A stretch of DNA of 64,000 nt from an uncultured Candidatus Rokubacteria bacterium. GTDB lineage: Bacteria > Methylomirabilota > Methylomirabilia > Rokubacteriales > CSP1-6. A program made the position numbers and the translations under genes. The notes under the pieces were generated by a model, which was not told the DNA's origin, made no database searches, and was given only the letters and a program-made list of their open reading frames with translations. The DNA lies in assembly GCA_963758635.1 (NCBI GenBank), contig CAVWWD010000003.1, positions 1,018,292 through 1,082,291 on the forward strand. Reading direction: 5' to 3'. This document shows, piece after piece, positions 1 through 10,362 of this stretch (its first letter is position 1; every line of letters begins with the position of its first letter).

Positions 1-106
1 TTTCTACTCCAGGCGGCGGGCGTCGGCAAGCGCCGGGTGCGCTTGGCGCCGCGGAGCGTTCCGCCGTCGGCGGGACCCGGGCTTCCTGCTACTCTACCGT
101 CCGGCA

Positions 107-2050
107 ATGAGCGATCCCGTCGTCTTCCGAGATCTCGCGCTCGTCCTCGCGGCCGCCGTCGGCGGCGGAGCCCTCGCATGGTGGGCGCACCAGCCCCTTA
201 TCCTGGGCTACGTCTTCGGCGGGCTCCTCATCAGCCCGCTGACGCCGGGTGTGTCGATCTCCGACCCGCGAACGTTCGACCTCTTCGCGGAGGTCGGTGT
301 GGTGCTCCTCATGTTCTCGGTGGGCATCGAGTTCTCGGTGCGGGACCTCCTCCGCGTCCGCACGGTGGCGCTCCTCGGGGGCCCGCTGGGGATGATCGCG
401 TGCGCGGGGCTTGGCCTCGGCACCGCCTTCGTGCTCGGCTGGCCACCCCTGCAGGGCGTGATCGTCGGGCTCGTCACCTCGGTGGCGAGCACCATGGTGC
501 TGACGCGGCTGCTCCTCGACCGGGGCGAGCTGCACTCCCGCCACGGGCGGGTGATGATGGGCATCAGCCTCGTCGAGGACCTCGGCGTCGTGGTCCTGAT
601 CGTGCTGATCCCCGCCCTCGGCGCCCTCGAGCCCGGCCGCCTCCTCGCGATCGGCCTCGCCCTCGGCAAGGCCCTGGTGATCCTCGCGCCGTTCGCGTTC
701 CTCGTCGCCAAGGGCATCCCGCCGCTGATGTCGCGGATCGCGCGCACGCACAACGAGGAGCTGTTCCTGCTCGTGGCCCTGGCCATCGCGCTCGGCACCG
801 CGGCGCTCACCCAGGCCGTCGGGCTGTCCCTGGCCCTGGGCGCGTTCCTCGCCGGCCTCATCATCAGCGAGTCCGACTACGCTCACGAGACGCTCGCGCG
901 CATGCTCCCGCTCCGCGAACTGTTCGGCGCGCTGTTCTTCGTGACCGTGGGCGCCCTCATCGACCCGCGGGTCCTCGTCCACAGCCTCCCCACGCTGGTG
1001 GCGATCGTCTTCCTCGTGGTGGTCGGCAAGGCGCTGGTGCGCACGGCGATCGTGCGCGTCTTCGGCGAGTCCTGGGCCAACGCGGTGCTGGTGGGGATCG
1101 GGCTCGCCCAGATCGGCGAGTTCTCATTCGTGCTCGTGCAGGTGGCCCGGACGGCCGGGCACGTGGGCGACGAGATCTACAACGCCACCCTCGCCGCGTC
1201 GCTGTTCACCATCCTCCTGAACGCGCTCCTCACCCGCGAGGCCCCTCGCTGGCTCCTGCGCGCCCAGGTGGCGGCGGCCGAGCCCCAGGGCCTGGCGCGC
1301 CCCACCGAGTGGGTGCGCGGCCACGTCGTCCTGTGCGGGTTCGGGCGAGTGGGCAGCGCGGTCGGCGAGGCGCTCGAGACGTTCAACATTCGGTTCGTGG
1401 TCATCGAGCTGGACCCGGACATCGTCAAGGGGCTCAACGCGCGCAGGGTGCCGTGCATGTTCGGCGACGCCGCCAACCGGCGGCTGCTCGAGCGCGCGGG
1501 CGTCGATCGCGCGGACCTGGTCGTGGTGACGCTGCCCGAGTTCGATCGGACGCGCCGGGTGGTGCGCGAGGTCCGCCAGCTGAACGCGACGGCGCCGCTC
1601 CTGGTCCGCGCCCACCACGCCTCCGCGATCGAGGACCTCGTGCAAGGCGGGGCGAGCGAGGTCATCCAGCCGGAGATGGAGGCGGCGGCCACGCTGATCC
1701 GTCACGCGCTGCGGCGGCTGTCGCTGCCCCACGACCCCGTGATCGCCTACCTCGAGCGGTTCCGCGCCACCCTCGAGCCATCGCGGCCGCCGACCGCCGC
1801 CGCCGGCGACGACCTGCCCCGCGTCGCCGAGGTGCGCGTCGAGCGTGGCGCGCTCGCCGACCAGTCACTGCGGGAGGGGCGCATCCGCGAACGGCTCGGC
1901 GTCACCGTGGTGGCGATCGTCCATCCGGACGGCGACCTGGTCGTGAATCCTGACGCCGAGGCGATCATGCGGCCGGGTGACGTGGTCCGCGTGTTCGGCC
2001 TGCCCGCGCAGATCGAGGCCTTCCGCCGCGAGGCTGCGACTGCAGTGTGA
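107..2050 (+). CDS. CPA2-family cation:proton antiporter (YbaL/KefC-like) with TrkA-N and TrkA-C domains
   Basis: 647-aa ORF. Multi-TM N-terminus (AEVGVVLLMFSVGIEFS, LAQIGEFSFVL), TrkA-N GFGRVG motif, C-terminal TrkA-C-like region. Confidence 0.9.
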   Translation: MSDPVVFRDLALVLAAAVGGGALAWWAHQPLILGYVFGGLLISPLTPGVSISDPRTFDLFAEVGVVLLMFSVGIEFSVRDLLRVRTVALLGGPLGMIACAGLGLGTAFVLGWPPLQGVIVGLVTSVASTMVLTRLLLDRGELHSRHGRVMMGISLVEDLGVVVLIVLIPALGALEPGRLLAIGLALGKALVILAPFAFLVAKGIPPLMSRIARTHNEELFLLVALAIALGTAALTQAVGLSLALGAFLAGLIISESDYAHETLARMLPLRELFGALFFVTVGALIDPRVLVHSLPTLVAIVFLVVVGKALVRTAIVRVFGESWANAVLVGIGLAQIGEFSFVLVQVARTAGHVGDEIYNATLAASLFTILLNALLTREAPRWLLRAQVAAAEPQGLARPTEWVRGHVVLCGFGRVGSAVGEALETFNIRFVVIELDPDIVKGLNARRVPCMFGDAANRRLLERAGVDRADLVVVTLPEFDRTRRVVREVRQLNATAPLLVRAHHASAIEDLVQGGASEVIQPEMEAAATLIRHALRRLSLPHDPVIAYLERFRATLEPSRPPTAAAGDDLPRVAEVRVERGALADQSLREGRIRERLGVTVVAIVHPDGDLVVNPDAEAIMRPGDVVRVFGLPAQIEAFRREAATAV

Positions 2051-2058
2051 GCCGAGCC

Positions 2059-2190
2059 AAAGGCGAGGCGAACGTATATGGAAATGCAGTGGAAACGACC
2101 GCAGCGGCGCTAGAGAGCAGACGCAAAGGCAAGGCGAGCGTACATGCGAATGCAGTGGAAACAACCGCAGCGATCCTGGAGCGCAGACGC
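2059..2190 (+). repeat. Repeat family A, two tandem 66-bp units (2059-2124, 2125-2190)
   Basis: Unit 1 AAAGGCGAGGCGAACGTATATGGAAATGCAGTGGAAACGACCGCAGCG matches unit 2 AAAGGCAAGGCGAGCGTACATGCGAATGCAGTGGAAACAACCGCAGCG. Confidence 0.85.
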
Positions 2191-2194
2191 GCTC

Positions 2195-3037
2195 CTACAG
2201 CCGACCCGCCACTGACGCGACCGTCGTCCAGACCGCCAGCCCGAACGCCACCACGGTGACCAGCACGGTGAGCGCGGCGAGGACCCGGTCCGCGCCGCCC
2301 TCGCTCCGCCGCTCCGAGTAGCCGAGCGCGAAGCCGGCGGCGAACCCGCCCGCGAAGCCGCCGGCGTGGGCGAGGTTGTTCACGCCGGGCATCAGGAAGC
2401 CCATCACGAGCAGGATCAGGGTCCACTGCCAGTACTGGCGGAACACCGCCATCCCGTAGAGTCCCGCCGCGCCGCTGGCCGTACGCGACCATGGCGCCGA
2501 GCAGGCCGAACACCGCGCCCGACGCCCCGATCGTCGGCGCGCCGCTGGCCCAGTTCGAGAGCAGGAAGCCGCCGACCCCGCCCGCCGTGAAGATCACGAC
2601 GGCGCGCGCCCGCCCGTAGAGCTCCTCCACCGGCGGCGCGAGGTCGCGGATCCACAGCAGGTTGAAGGCGATGTGGAGCAGGCTCCCGTGGAGATAGATC
2701 GCGGTGAGAAGCGTCCACCACCGGCCCGTCTCGATGGCGTCGGCGCCCGTCATGCCGAGGGCGTAGAGGGCGCGGCCGCTCGGGGCCAGGATGTTGAAGA
2801 CGCCGCGGGCCTGGAAGATCGCCCCGGGATCGAGGGCGAGCGACGCCACGTAGGCGACGACGCAGACCAGGGTGACGACGCGCGCGAGGTCGACGCCGCC
2901 GACCAGGCGCCCGAGGGTGGGCCCGAAGCCCCACAGCCCGGGGTTGCGGCGCCCGCAGTAGAAGCACACCGCGGCGTCCACGCGGTTCAGCTTGCCGCAC
3001 GCGTAGCAGAGGCTCGAGCCCGACGTCTCCGGAACAT
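2195..3037 (-). CDS. Rhomboid intramembrane serine protease with N-terminal zinc ribbon (frameshifted)
   Basis: CYACG..CFYCG, HGSLLHIAFN, catalytic GASG and NNLAHAGG motifs, spread over ORFs 1965-3122 and 2195-2452. Confidence 0.85.
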
Positions 3038-3060
3038 CGCTCAGGGACGTCGTGCGAGGT

Positions 3061-3110
3061 GAGCCGAAGGCGAGCCGAGCGTACATGGAAATGCAGTGGA
3101 AACACCGCCG
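3061..3110 (+). repeat. Repeat family A copy
   Basis: GAGCCGAAGGCGAGCCGAGCGTACATGGAAATGCAGTGGAAAC matches the 2059-2190 units. Confidence 0.8.
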
Positions 3111-3122
3111 CCTCGGGGCCAC

Positions 3123-4356
3123 TCAAGACCCGTCGGGACGGGTGGGCAGCGGGCGCGTCGCGCTCGAGCCGCCGCGTCAGCTCGTCGAGATGGGCCACGA
3201 AGGCGCGGCGGCGCTCCGGCGGGATCGGCGCGCCGGGAACGTAGCGCTCGTCCAGGGGATTCACGAACTGGCCGTTGCGGCTCACGCGGTAGTCCAGGTG
3301 CGGGCCGGTCGCCAGGCCGGTGGCCCCGACGCGCCCGATCACGTCGCGCTGCCGCACGCGCTGGCCGCGGCTCACGTGCGCCGCGGAGAGGTGGTTGTAC
3401 ATGGTCTCGTAGCCGCGCGCGTGGCGGAGCGTCACGCTGATCCCGTTGCCGCCCGCCCACCCCGCGGCGACGACCGCGCCGTCGGCCACTGCCCGCACCG
3501 GCGTGCCGGAGGGGGCGCCGTAGTCGATCGCGAAGTGCGGCCGGACGCCGCCCAGGATCGGGTGCTGGCGCGCGTGGGAGAAGCCGGAGGTGATCCGCGT
3601 GAAGTCGAGCGGCGCGCGCAGGAACATCTTCCGCACCGACCGGCCGCCCGCGTCGAAGTACGCGGTCCGTCCCCCCTCGTCGCCGAAGGCCACGCCGGTC
3701 AGGGCCTCGCGCCCTGCCGGCACGAACTGCGCGATGTGGACGTCGCCGTAGCCCACGAACTGGCCGTTCGCGTAGCGCTTGTCCACGAGGAGCCGGAAGC
3801 CGTCGCCGGGCAGGGCGTCGGCCGCGAAGTCGAAGTCGAACTCGAACATCCGGACGAACGCCGCGGTGAGCCACGCGCCCTCGCCCTGCCGCTCCATGCT
3901 CGCGAACAGCGAGTCCTCGAGGCGCCCCGCCACCGCGGCCACGCGCGTCTCCACCGGGGTCAGCGTCGTCTCGGCCACCCATCGCTCGCCGTCCTTCGTG
4001 AGCTCGTGACGCTCGAGCGGCGAGCGCCAGTACGTGACGCTCTCGAGCCCCCCGTTGCCGCCGCGCGCGACGAAGAGCCGCTCGCCCGGGCGGAGTCGTC
4101 GCATGTCCACCGCGCCGCGGAGCGCGTCGACCATCTCACGCGCCTCGGCGCGCTCGACGCCGCCGCGGACCAGCGCCTGGTGGAGGGTCTCGCGCGGCGC
4201 CACGACCGTCTCCGTGACCGCGGGAAGGGCCGCCGCCGTCGCGGGCGGCTCGGGCATCCCGGGGGACGCTCCGGGATCGATGATTGGCGTGACGTGACCG
4301 CCCACGCTCACGAGCAGCAGCATCAGCACGCCCAGGGCCGTGTGCACGCGCCACAT
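3123..4356 (-). CDS. M23-family peptidoglycan DD-metalloendopeptidase (MepM-like)
   Basis: HFAIDYGAP (HxxxD), YNHLS and TGPHLDY motifs plus an N-terminal TM. The 3' end is approximate because the ORF reads through at a probable indel. Confidence 0.85.
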
Positions 4357-4498
4357 TCTCCGCACGATACCCCGAGATGCGACCTCGGCCAAGCGCGTCC
4401 GCGGGCGGCCGGCTCATGAGCCCCGCGCATCAGGTCGCGTCGCCGGCGGGCTCGGCGGCGGCTTGCTCGTCGCCTCCGCATCTGGTACGACGGACGGC

Positions 4499-5572
4499 GT
4501 GAGCGGCGAATCCCGGGCCGTCGGCGTGCACCTGGTGGGCAGCGTCCCGCTGGCCGACGCGGAGTCCGTGTTCCGGGCGGTGAGCGACGCCGTGGGTCCC
4601 TACCTGCGCCGGCTTCCCGACGGAGAGACGGGCGAGCGGCGGCGCTGGATCTTCTTCCAGAGCGTGATGCTCGCGCGCCATCCCGCGATGGAGCCGGACC
4701 CCACGGTGGCGCGGTTCCCGCTGCGCCAGTGGGACGGCAAGCTCCTGCGCGAGATCGAGCTGCTCCGGTTCCGCCCGAGCGCCGACCCGGAGCATGTGAC
4801 GTTCGAGACGGGCTACGCCCCCGCCGCCGCGTCGTCCTACGAGGTCTTCCGCCGGCTCCGGGCGGACGCCGTCATCCCCGCGGGGACACGCCTGCAGGTC
4901 TGCCTGCCCACGCCGATGGCGAGCGCCTACATGTACGTGAGCCCGCACGCGCGCGCCGCGTACATGCCGGCGTACGAGCGCGCCCTCGCCCGCGACGTGC
5001 GGAGCATCGTCGCGACGATCCCCTCGGCCGACCTGGCCATCCAGTGGGACGTGTGTCAGGAGGTCCTCGTGGCGGAGGGATACTTCCCCGACCAGCCCGC
5101 GGATCACCGCGTCCAGATCGCGCGCGAGCTGGCCCGGCTCGGCGACCTCGTGCCCCCGGACGTGGAGATGGGCTATCACCTCTGCTACGGGTCGCCGGCC
5201 GACGAGCACCTGGTGATGCCCCGCGACATGGCGCTCATGGTCGGGATGGCCAACGACCTCGGGGCCGCCCTCGCGCGGCGCATCGACTTCCTCCACATGC
5301 CGGTCCCGCGGGATCGGACGGATGCCGCGTACTTCGCGCCGCTCTCCGGGCTCGCGGGCGCGGGGACGTTCGAGCTGTACCTGGGCCTCGTCCACCACGC
5401 CGACGCCGAGGGCGACCGCGCGCGGATCGCCGCCGCGCGCACCGTCGTGGACGGGTTCGGCGTGTCCTCGGAGTGCGGGTGGGGGCGGACGGATCCGACG
5501 CGGGTGGCCGGGCTCCTGGAGAGCCACCGCCGCGCCGCGGAGATCGTGCGGACCGCCGCCATCCGCGGCTAG
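4499..5572 (+). CDS. Cobalamin-independent methionine synthase II C-terminal-like (Zn barrel) protein
   Basis: HLVGSVP start, GYHLCYG and SECGWG metal-ligand motifs. Start codon uncertain. Confidence 0.65.
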   Translation: MSGESRAVGVHLVGSVPLADAESVFRAVSDAVGPYLRRLPDGETGERRRWIFFQSVMLARHPAMEPDPTVARFPLRQWDGKLLREIELLRFRPSADPEHVTFETGYAPAAASSYEVFRRLRADAVIPAGTRLQVCLPTPMASAYMYVSPHARAAYMPAYERALARDVRSIVATIPSADLAIQWDVCQEVLVAEGYFPDQPADHRVQIARELARLGDLVPPDVEMGYHLCYGSPADEHLVMPRDMALMVGMANDLGAALARRIDFLHMPVPRDRTDAAYFAPLSGLAGAGTFELYLGLVHHADAEGDRARIAAARTVVDGFGVSSECGWGRTDPTRVAGLLESHRRAAEIVRTAAIRG

Positions 5573-6576
5573 CGCTCCGAGGGCTTCGGGCGCTCGTCGC
5601 CGAGCGCGACGCGCCGCTGGACGGGGAAGACGCGCAGGTCCCATCGCTCGGAGACCAGGCCCCACAGCCCCTGCGGATAGCGCATCATGCCGATCACGGC
5701 GAGGGCGCCGAGCAGGATCATGTACCAGGCCCCCTGGTCGGCCAGCGCCTCCCGCACCACGAAGAAGACGGCGGTGCCGATGATCGGTCCCTCGAGCGTG
5801 CCGAGGCCGCCGACGACCACGATGAAGATCGTGTAGGCCGTCCAGCCGATCGAGAAGCCGGCGTCGGGCGAGATCCGCAGCAGGTTGAGGTAGATCAGGG
5901 CGCCGGTCACGCCGGTCCCGAAGGCGGCGATCAGGTAGACGGCGAGCTTGGTGCGGAGCACGGCGACCCCCAGGCTCTCCGACGCCGGCTCGCTGTCGCG
6001 GATCGCCATGAGGCCCAGGCCGAGACGCGAGCGGAGGCAGAGGTACACGGCGAGCACGGCGCCCACGCCGATCGCCACCGCGAGCCCGTACGTCACGATC
6101 TCGCGGGTCTCGCGGGCCAGCCCGAACACCGCCTTCAGCGTGCGCCCCGTGCCGCGCCCGAGGAGGTCGGTGTTCGCGACGAGGAGCCGGCACACCTCGG
6201 CCACCGCCCACGTCCCCACGGCGAAGGAGGCGCCGCGGAAGCGGAAGACCAGCGCGGCGATGGGGAGCGCGAGCCCCGCCGCGACCACGCCGGCCAGGGG
6301 CACGGCGAGGAACGGGTTCACGCCCAGGTCGTCGGCGAGCACGACGAGGGCGTACCCGCCGATCCCGACGTAGGCCTGCTGGCCGATCGACACCAGCCCG
6401 GCGTAGCCGGCGAGCAGGTTCCACATCTGCGCGAGGACCAGGAGCGAGATGAACTCCACGATCACGCGCATGAGCCCCGCGTCGCCCGCCCACGGGACGG
6501 CGACGAGGCCGGCGACGGCGAGGACGAGGACGGCCGCGCCGAGACGGCTCGCGCGCGCGAACCGAGACGAGATCAA
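5569..6576 (-). CDS. Branched-chain amino acid-type ABC permease (LivM-like)
   Basis: WNLLAGYAGLVSIGQQAY, AIRDSEPASESLGV, VVVGGLGTLEGP. Confidence 0.88.
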   Translation of the reverse strand: MISSRFARASRLGAAVLVLAVAGLVAVPWAGDAGLMRVIVEFISLLVLAQMWNLLAGYAGLVSIGQQAYVGIGGYALVVLADDLGVNPFLAVPLAGVVAAGLALPIAALVFRFRGASFAVGTWAVAEVCRLLVANTDLLGRGTGRTLKAVFGLARETREIVTYGLAVAIGVGAVLAVYLCLRSRLGLGLMAIRDSEPASESLGVAVLRTKLAVYLIAAFGTGVTGALIYLNLLRISPDAGFSIGWTAYTIFIVVVGGLGTLEGPIIGTAVFFVVREALADQGAWYMILLGALAVIGMMRYPQGLWGLVSERWDLRVFPVQRRVALGDERPKPSER

Positions 6577-7447
6577 TCGACCCGCCGGGACGGCGCGAAG
6601 ATGCCGGAGGGCCGCAGGAGCAGCACGCCGAGGAACACCAGGTGCCCGGTGAGGACGCCCCAGCCCGGCGACAGCTTCGCGCCCACCGTCTGCGCCACGC
6701 CGAGCACGACGCCCCCCACCAGCGTTCCCCAGAGCGAGCCGAGCCCGCCGATGATGACGGCCTCGAAGGCGAAGAGCAGCCGGTCGGGGCCGCTCGCGAA
6801 CGTGAACGTCGTCCGGATCCCGAGGAAGATCCCCGCGACGGCCACGATGCCGAGCGACAGCGCCATCGCGAGCGCGTAGAGCTGACGGGTGTCGATGCCC
6901 ATGAGCTGGGCCGTCTCGCCGTCGTCGGACGCGGCCCGGAACGCGCGGCCGATGGCCGACCTGTCCGATCAGGAGCTGCAGGCCCACGAGCAGGAGCACC
7001 GCCACCGCGAAGGTCAGCAGCGAGAACCAGCCCACCGCGAGCCCGCCGCCGAGCGGCAGGCTCGCCGTCTCCAGCCCGCCCGGGTTGAGCCGCCGCGAGT
7101 CGGCCGAGAACGCCTCGAGGAGGCCGTTCTGGATGATGATCGACAGCCCGAACGTGACGAGCACGGCGGGAAGGATGCCCCGGCCGAGGAGGCGGTTCAG
7201 GACGACGCGCTGGAGCCCGTAGCCGGCCGCGGCCATGACCGGCGCCACGAGCAGCGAGGGCGACGAGGGGATGCAGGCGGAGCGTCTCCACCGCGAGCAC
7301 GGCGAGGAACGCGGCGAGGATGCTGAAGTCGCCGTGGGCCAGGTTCACCAGCCGCATCACGCCGAACGTCAGCGACAGCCCGGTGGCGAAGAGCGCGTAG
7401 AGGCCGCCCAGGAGCACGCCCTGCACGACCGTGTCGAGCCAGGCCAT
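6573..7447 (-). CDS. Branched-chain amino acid-type ABC permease (LivH-like), frameshifted
   Basis: GLSLTFGVMRLVNLAHGDF and IIGGLGSLWG, found in successive frames. Confidence 0.85.
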
Positions 7448-7451
7448 CTCG

Positions 7452-7526
7452 TGAGCCGCGCGGATCAGACCAAGCCGAGCGGTGTGATTCAGAGGCCGAT
7501 GGCGGTGAGCGCATTTTGCGGGGTCA
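7452..7526 (+). repeat. Repeat family B copy (diverged)
   Basis: TGAGCCGCGCGGATCAGACCAAGCCGAGCGGTGTGA... matches the other B copies. Confidence 0.7.
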
Positions 7527-8225
7527 TCAGGCCCCGAGGTACGCCGCGGAGACCTGCGCGCGGTCGAGCCGGTCCGGCGTGCCCTCCAGGGAGACCGCGC
7601 CCTTCCGGAAGCAGTACACGCGTCCCGCGACGGCCAGGGCCTGGCCCACGTCCTGCTCGACGACCAGGAGCGTCGTCCCTTCCGCGGCCACCGCGGTCAG
7701 CGTCTCGTAGAGATGCTTCACCATCAGGGGCGCGAGGCCGAGCGAGATCTCGTCGACCAGCAGCAGGCGAGGGTTCGCCATGAGGCCGCGGCCGATGGCG
7801 AGCATCTGCTGCTCGCCGCCGGAGAGGTTCGTGCCCGGCTGGTCCCGCCGCTCGCGCAGGACGGGAAACAGGCGGTAGACGCGCTCGAGCGTCCACGGGC
7901 CGGGTCGGCCGCGGTAGCCGCCGACCTCGAGGTTCTCGCGCACGGAGAGGCTCGGGAAGATCTTCCGCCCCTCGGGCACGAGGACGACGCCGAGCGCCAC
8001 GAGCGCGTGGGGCGGCAGGCCGCCCACCGGCCGGCCCGCGAAGGTCACGCGGTCGCGCGGCACGGGCAGCGCGCCGGCCACCGCGCGGAGGAACGTGCTC
8101 TTGCCCGCGCCGTTGGCGCCGATCACCGCCACCGTCTCCCCCTCGGCCACCCGGAGGGAGATGCCGAAGAGCGCCTGGAAGTCGCCGTAGAACGCCGAGA
8201 GGTCGGAGACGGCGAGGAGGGTCAC
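7527..8225 (-). CDS. ABC ATPase (LivF-like)
   Basis: GANGAGKS Walker A, LSGGEQQM signature, LLVDE. Confidence 0.92.
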   Translation of the reverse strand: MTLLAVSDLSAFYGDFQALFGISLRVAEGETVAVIGANGAGKSTFLRAVAGALPVPRDRVTFAGRPVGGLPPHALVALGVVLVPEGRKIFPSLSVRENLEVGGYRGRPGPWTLERVYRLFPVLRERRDQPGTNLSGGEQQMLAIGRGLMANPRLLLVDEISLGLAPLMVKHLYETLTAVAAEGTTLLVVEQDVGQALAVAGRVYCFRKGAVSLEGTPDRLDRAQVSAAYLGA

Positions 8226-8947
8226 GGCACGTCGATGCCGAGGTAGACGCGCCGGACCTCCGGGTCCGCCATCACCGCGTCCGGCGGGCCGTCCACCAGG
8301 TTCCGCCCGAAGCTGATGGCCACGAGCCGGTCCACGGCCGCGCGCAGCGCATGCACGACGTGCTCGATCCACACGATGGCGATGCCCTCGCTCCGGACCT
8401 GGCGGATCACGCCGACCAGCGTCACCACCTCGGGCTCGGTCAACCCGCCCGCGATCTCGTCGAGCAGCAGCACGCGCGGCCTCGTGGCGAGCGCGCGGGC
8501 CAGCTCCAGGCGCTTGCGCTCGAGCAGGGTGAGGGCGCCGGCGCGCGCGTTCGCGCGGGCGGCGAGCCCGGTCAGCTCGAGGGCGGCCAGGCACGGGGCG
8601 CGGGCCGCGCGCTCGCGCCGCCCGCCGCCGTGGGTGGCGCCGACGAGGACGTTCTCGAACACGGTCATCGCCTCGAAGGGGTGGGGGATCTGGTGGGTGA
8701 GGGCGATGCCGGCGCGGCAGCGCGCGTGCGCGGGCAGGGCCGTGACGTCGCGCCCGTCGAAGACCACGGCCCCGCGGTCCGGCGCGAGCCGGCCCGCCAT
8801 GACGTTGAGCGCGGTCGTCTTGCCCGCGCCGTTCGGGCCGATCACGCCCACCGCCTCGCGCTCATCGACCGCGAGGTCGAGCCGGTCCAGCACCTGGAGG
8901 GACCCGAACGCCCGCGAGACCTCCCGGAGCGCGAGGAGCGAGGGCAC
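8222..8947 (-). CDS. ABC ATPase (LivG-like)
   Basis: GPNGAGKT, LLLDEIAGGL, IEH. Confidence 0.92.
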   Translation of the reverse strand: MPSLLALREVSRAFGSLQVLDRLDLAVDEREAVGVIGPNGAGKTTALNVMAGRLAPDRGAVVFDGRDVTALPAHARCRAGIALTHQIPHPFEAMTVFENVLVGATHGGGRRERAARAPCLAALELTGLAARANARAGALTLLERKRLELARALATRPRVLLLDEIAGGLTEPEVVTLVGVIRQVRSEGIAIVWIEHVVHALRAAVDRLVAISFGRNLVDGPPDAVMADPEVRRVYLGIDVP

Positions 8948-8974
8948 CGGCGCGCGGTCCGCCCGCCCGGCCGG

Positions 8975-10271
8975 CTACGCGGGCCGGAGCGGCCGGAGCT
9001 TGCCCCCCACCGGGATGCTGGTCGCGGCCCGGTTGCTGACGATCGTCATGTCGAAGCGCACGTCCTTGCCGCGGCCCCACTGGCCGCCGACCAGCGGCGT
9101 CTTCGTGACGTTCGGCACCGGGCCCTTGCCCCAGCTGATCGGCCCGACCAGCGTGTTGAGGTTGGTGGCCTTGATCGCGGACACGATCGCCGCCTTGTCG
9201 TCGGGGTTGCCCGCGCGCTTGAGGGCGTCGAGGCCGACCTCGAAGAGCGCGTGGATGAAGCCGAGCGGCTGCGTCCACTGCTTCCTGGTCTCCCGCGTGT
9301 ACTCCGCGGCGAACGCGCCCGCGGTGGCGCCGGTGAGGGACGACTTGAACGGGTGCTGGGGCGTCCACCACACCTCGGTGGACATGCCGTCGCCCAGGTC
9401 GCCCAGCGCCTCGACCGACCGCGGGAAGAGCAGCGCCTTGCCGATCGACGCCACCTTGGGGCGGAAGCCCTGCTGCGCGGCCTGCTTCCAGAACGTCGTC
9501 CAGTCGGGCGGGATGGGGACGCCCGTGACGATCTCGACCTTCTCGTTCTTGAACGCCGAGATCTGGGCCGAGAAATCGTCGGACATGTTCGGGTAGCGCC
9601 CGAGATCGACCACCTTGTACCCGGCCTTGGCGAGGGCAGCCGGGAAGCCGCGCTCCTTGTCGCTCCAGGCATTGCCGTCGCCGTCGTTGGGCCAGAGGGC
9701 GCCGACCACCTTGTTCGTCTCGATCGAGTTCCACATGTCGATGAAGACGCCGATGATGTCCTCCAGGCCCCAGAAGAAGTGATACGTGGACTTGAAGCCG
9801 ACGTCCGGCTTGCCGCCGCGCGCGAAGAACCACGGCTGCCACGGGCAGACCGAGGAGATGGCCGGCGTGCCGTTCACCTCGCACTGGTCGGACACCGGAT
9901 TGGTCGTCTCCGGCGTGCTCGCGACCAGCATCAGGTCGACCTTGTCGGAGAGGATCAGCCGCGAGGCGACCTCGCCGGCCCGGTTCGGGTCGGACTGGCT
10001 GTCGCGCACGAGGATCTCGACCGGATGCGTGCGGCCGCCGATCGTGAGGCCCTTGCCGACGGCCTTCCGCACGCCGCCGATCACGAAGCCGTCCGCCTCC
10101 CCGAACCCGGCGAGGGGGCCGGTCTGCGGGCTCACGTACCCGATCTTGATCGGACGCGGCGCCCGCTGGGCGCGGGCGCGCGCGGGCCAGAGCGCCGAGA
10201 GCCCGCCGGCGGCGGTGGCGCCCGAGGCGAGGCGGAGGAGGCTGCCGGCGGGGGACGTTGGTCTCGGCCAT
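8975..10271 (-). CDS. ABC substrate-binding protein (PBP1/Liv-type), frameshifted N-terminus
   Basis: KIGYVSPQTGPLAGFG and RDSQSDPNRA. ATG at 10271 follows the RBS AGGAGG. Confidence 0.88.
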
Positions 10272-10284
10272 GAGAGCCTCCTGG

Positions 10285-10362
10285 TGAGCCCCGCGCATCA
10301 GACTAATGCCCAGCGGTGGGATTGTAGAGGCCCGTGGCGGTTACCGCAGTCTGAGAGAGTCA
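10285..10362 (+). repeat. Repeat family B copy
   Basis: TGAGCCCCGCGCATCAGACTAATGCCCAGCGGTGGGATTGTAGAGGCCCGTGGCGGTTACCG. Confidence 0.85.

Noticed and set aside
2059..2190. Possible mini CRISPR array (66-bp period, GAAAC-ending motif)
   Set aside because: The would-be spacers resemble each other, the repeats are degenerate and dispersed, and there are no cas genes.
2416..4392. 658-aa M23 peptidase with long C-terminal extension
   Set aside because: The extension runs through repeat A and out of frame over the rhomboid gene, so it is probably indel read-through.
4430..7447. 1005-aa ORF and similar long Arg/Pro/Ala-rich ORFs throughout the window
   Set aside because: These are shadow frames of GC-rich genes, or products of frameshifts joining a real N-terminus to an off-frame tail.
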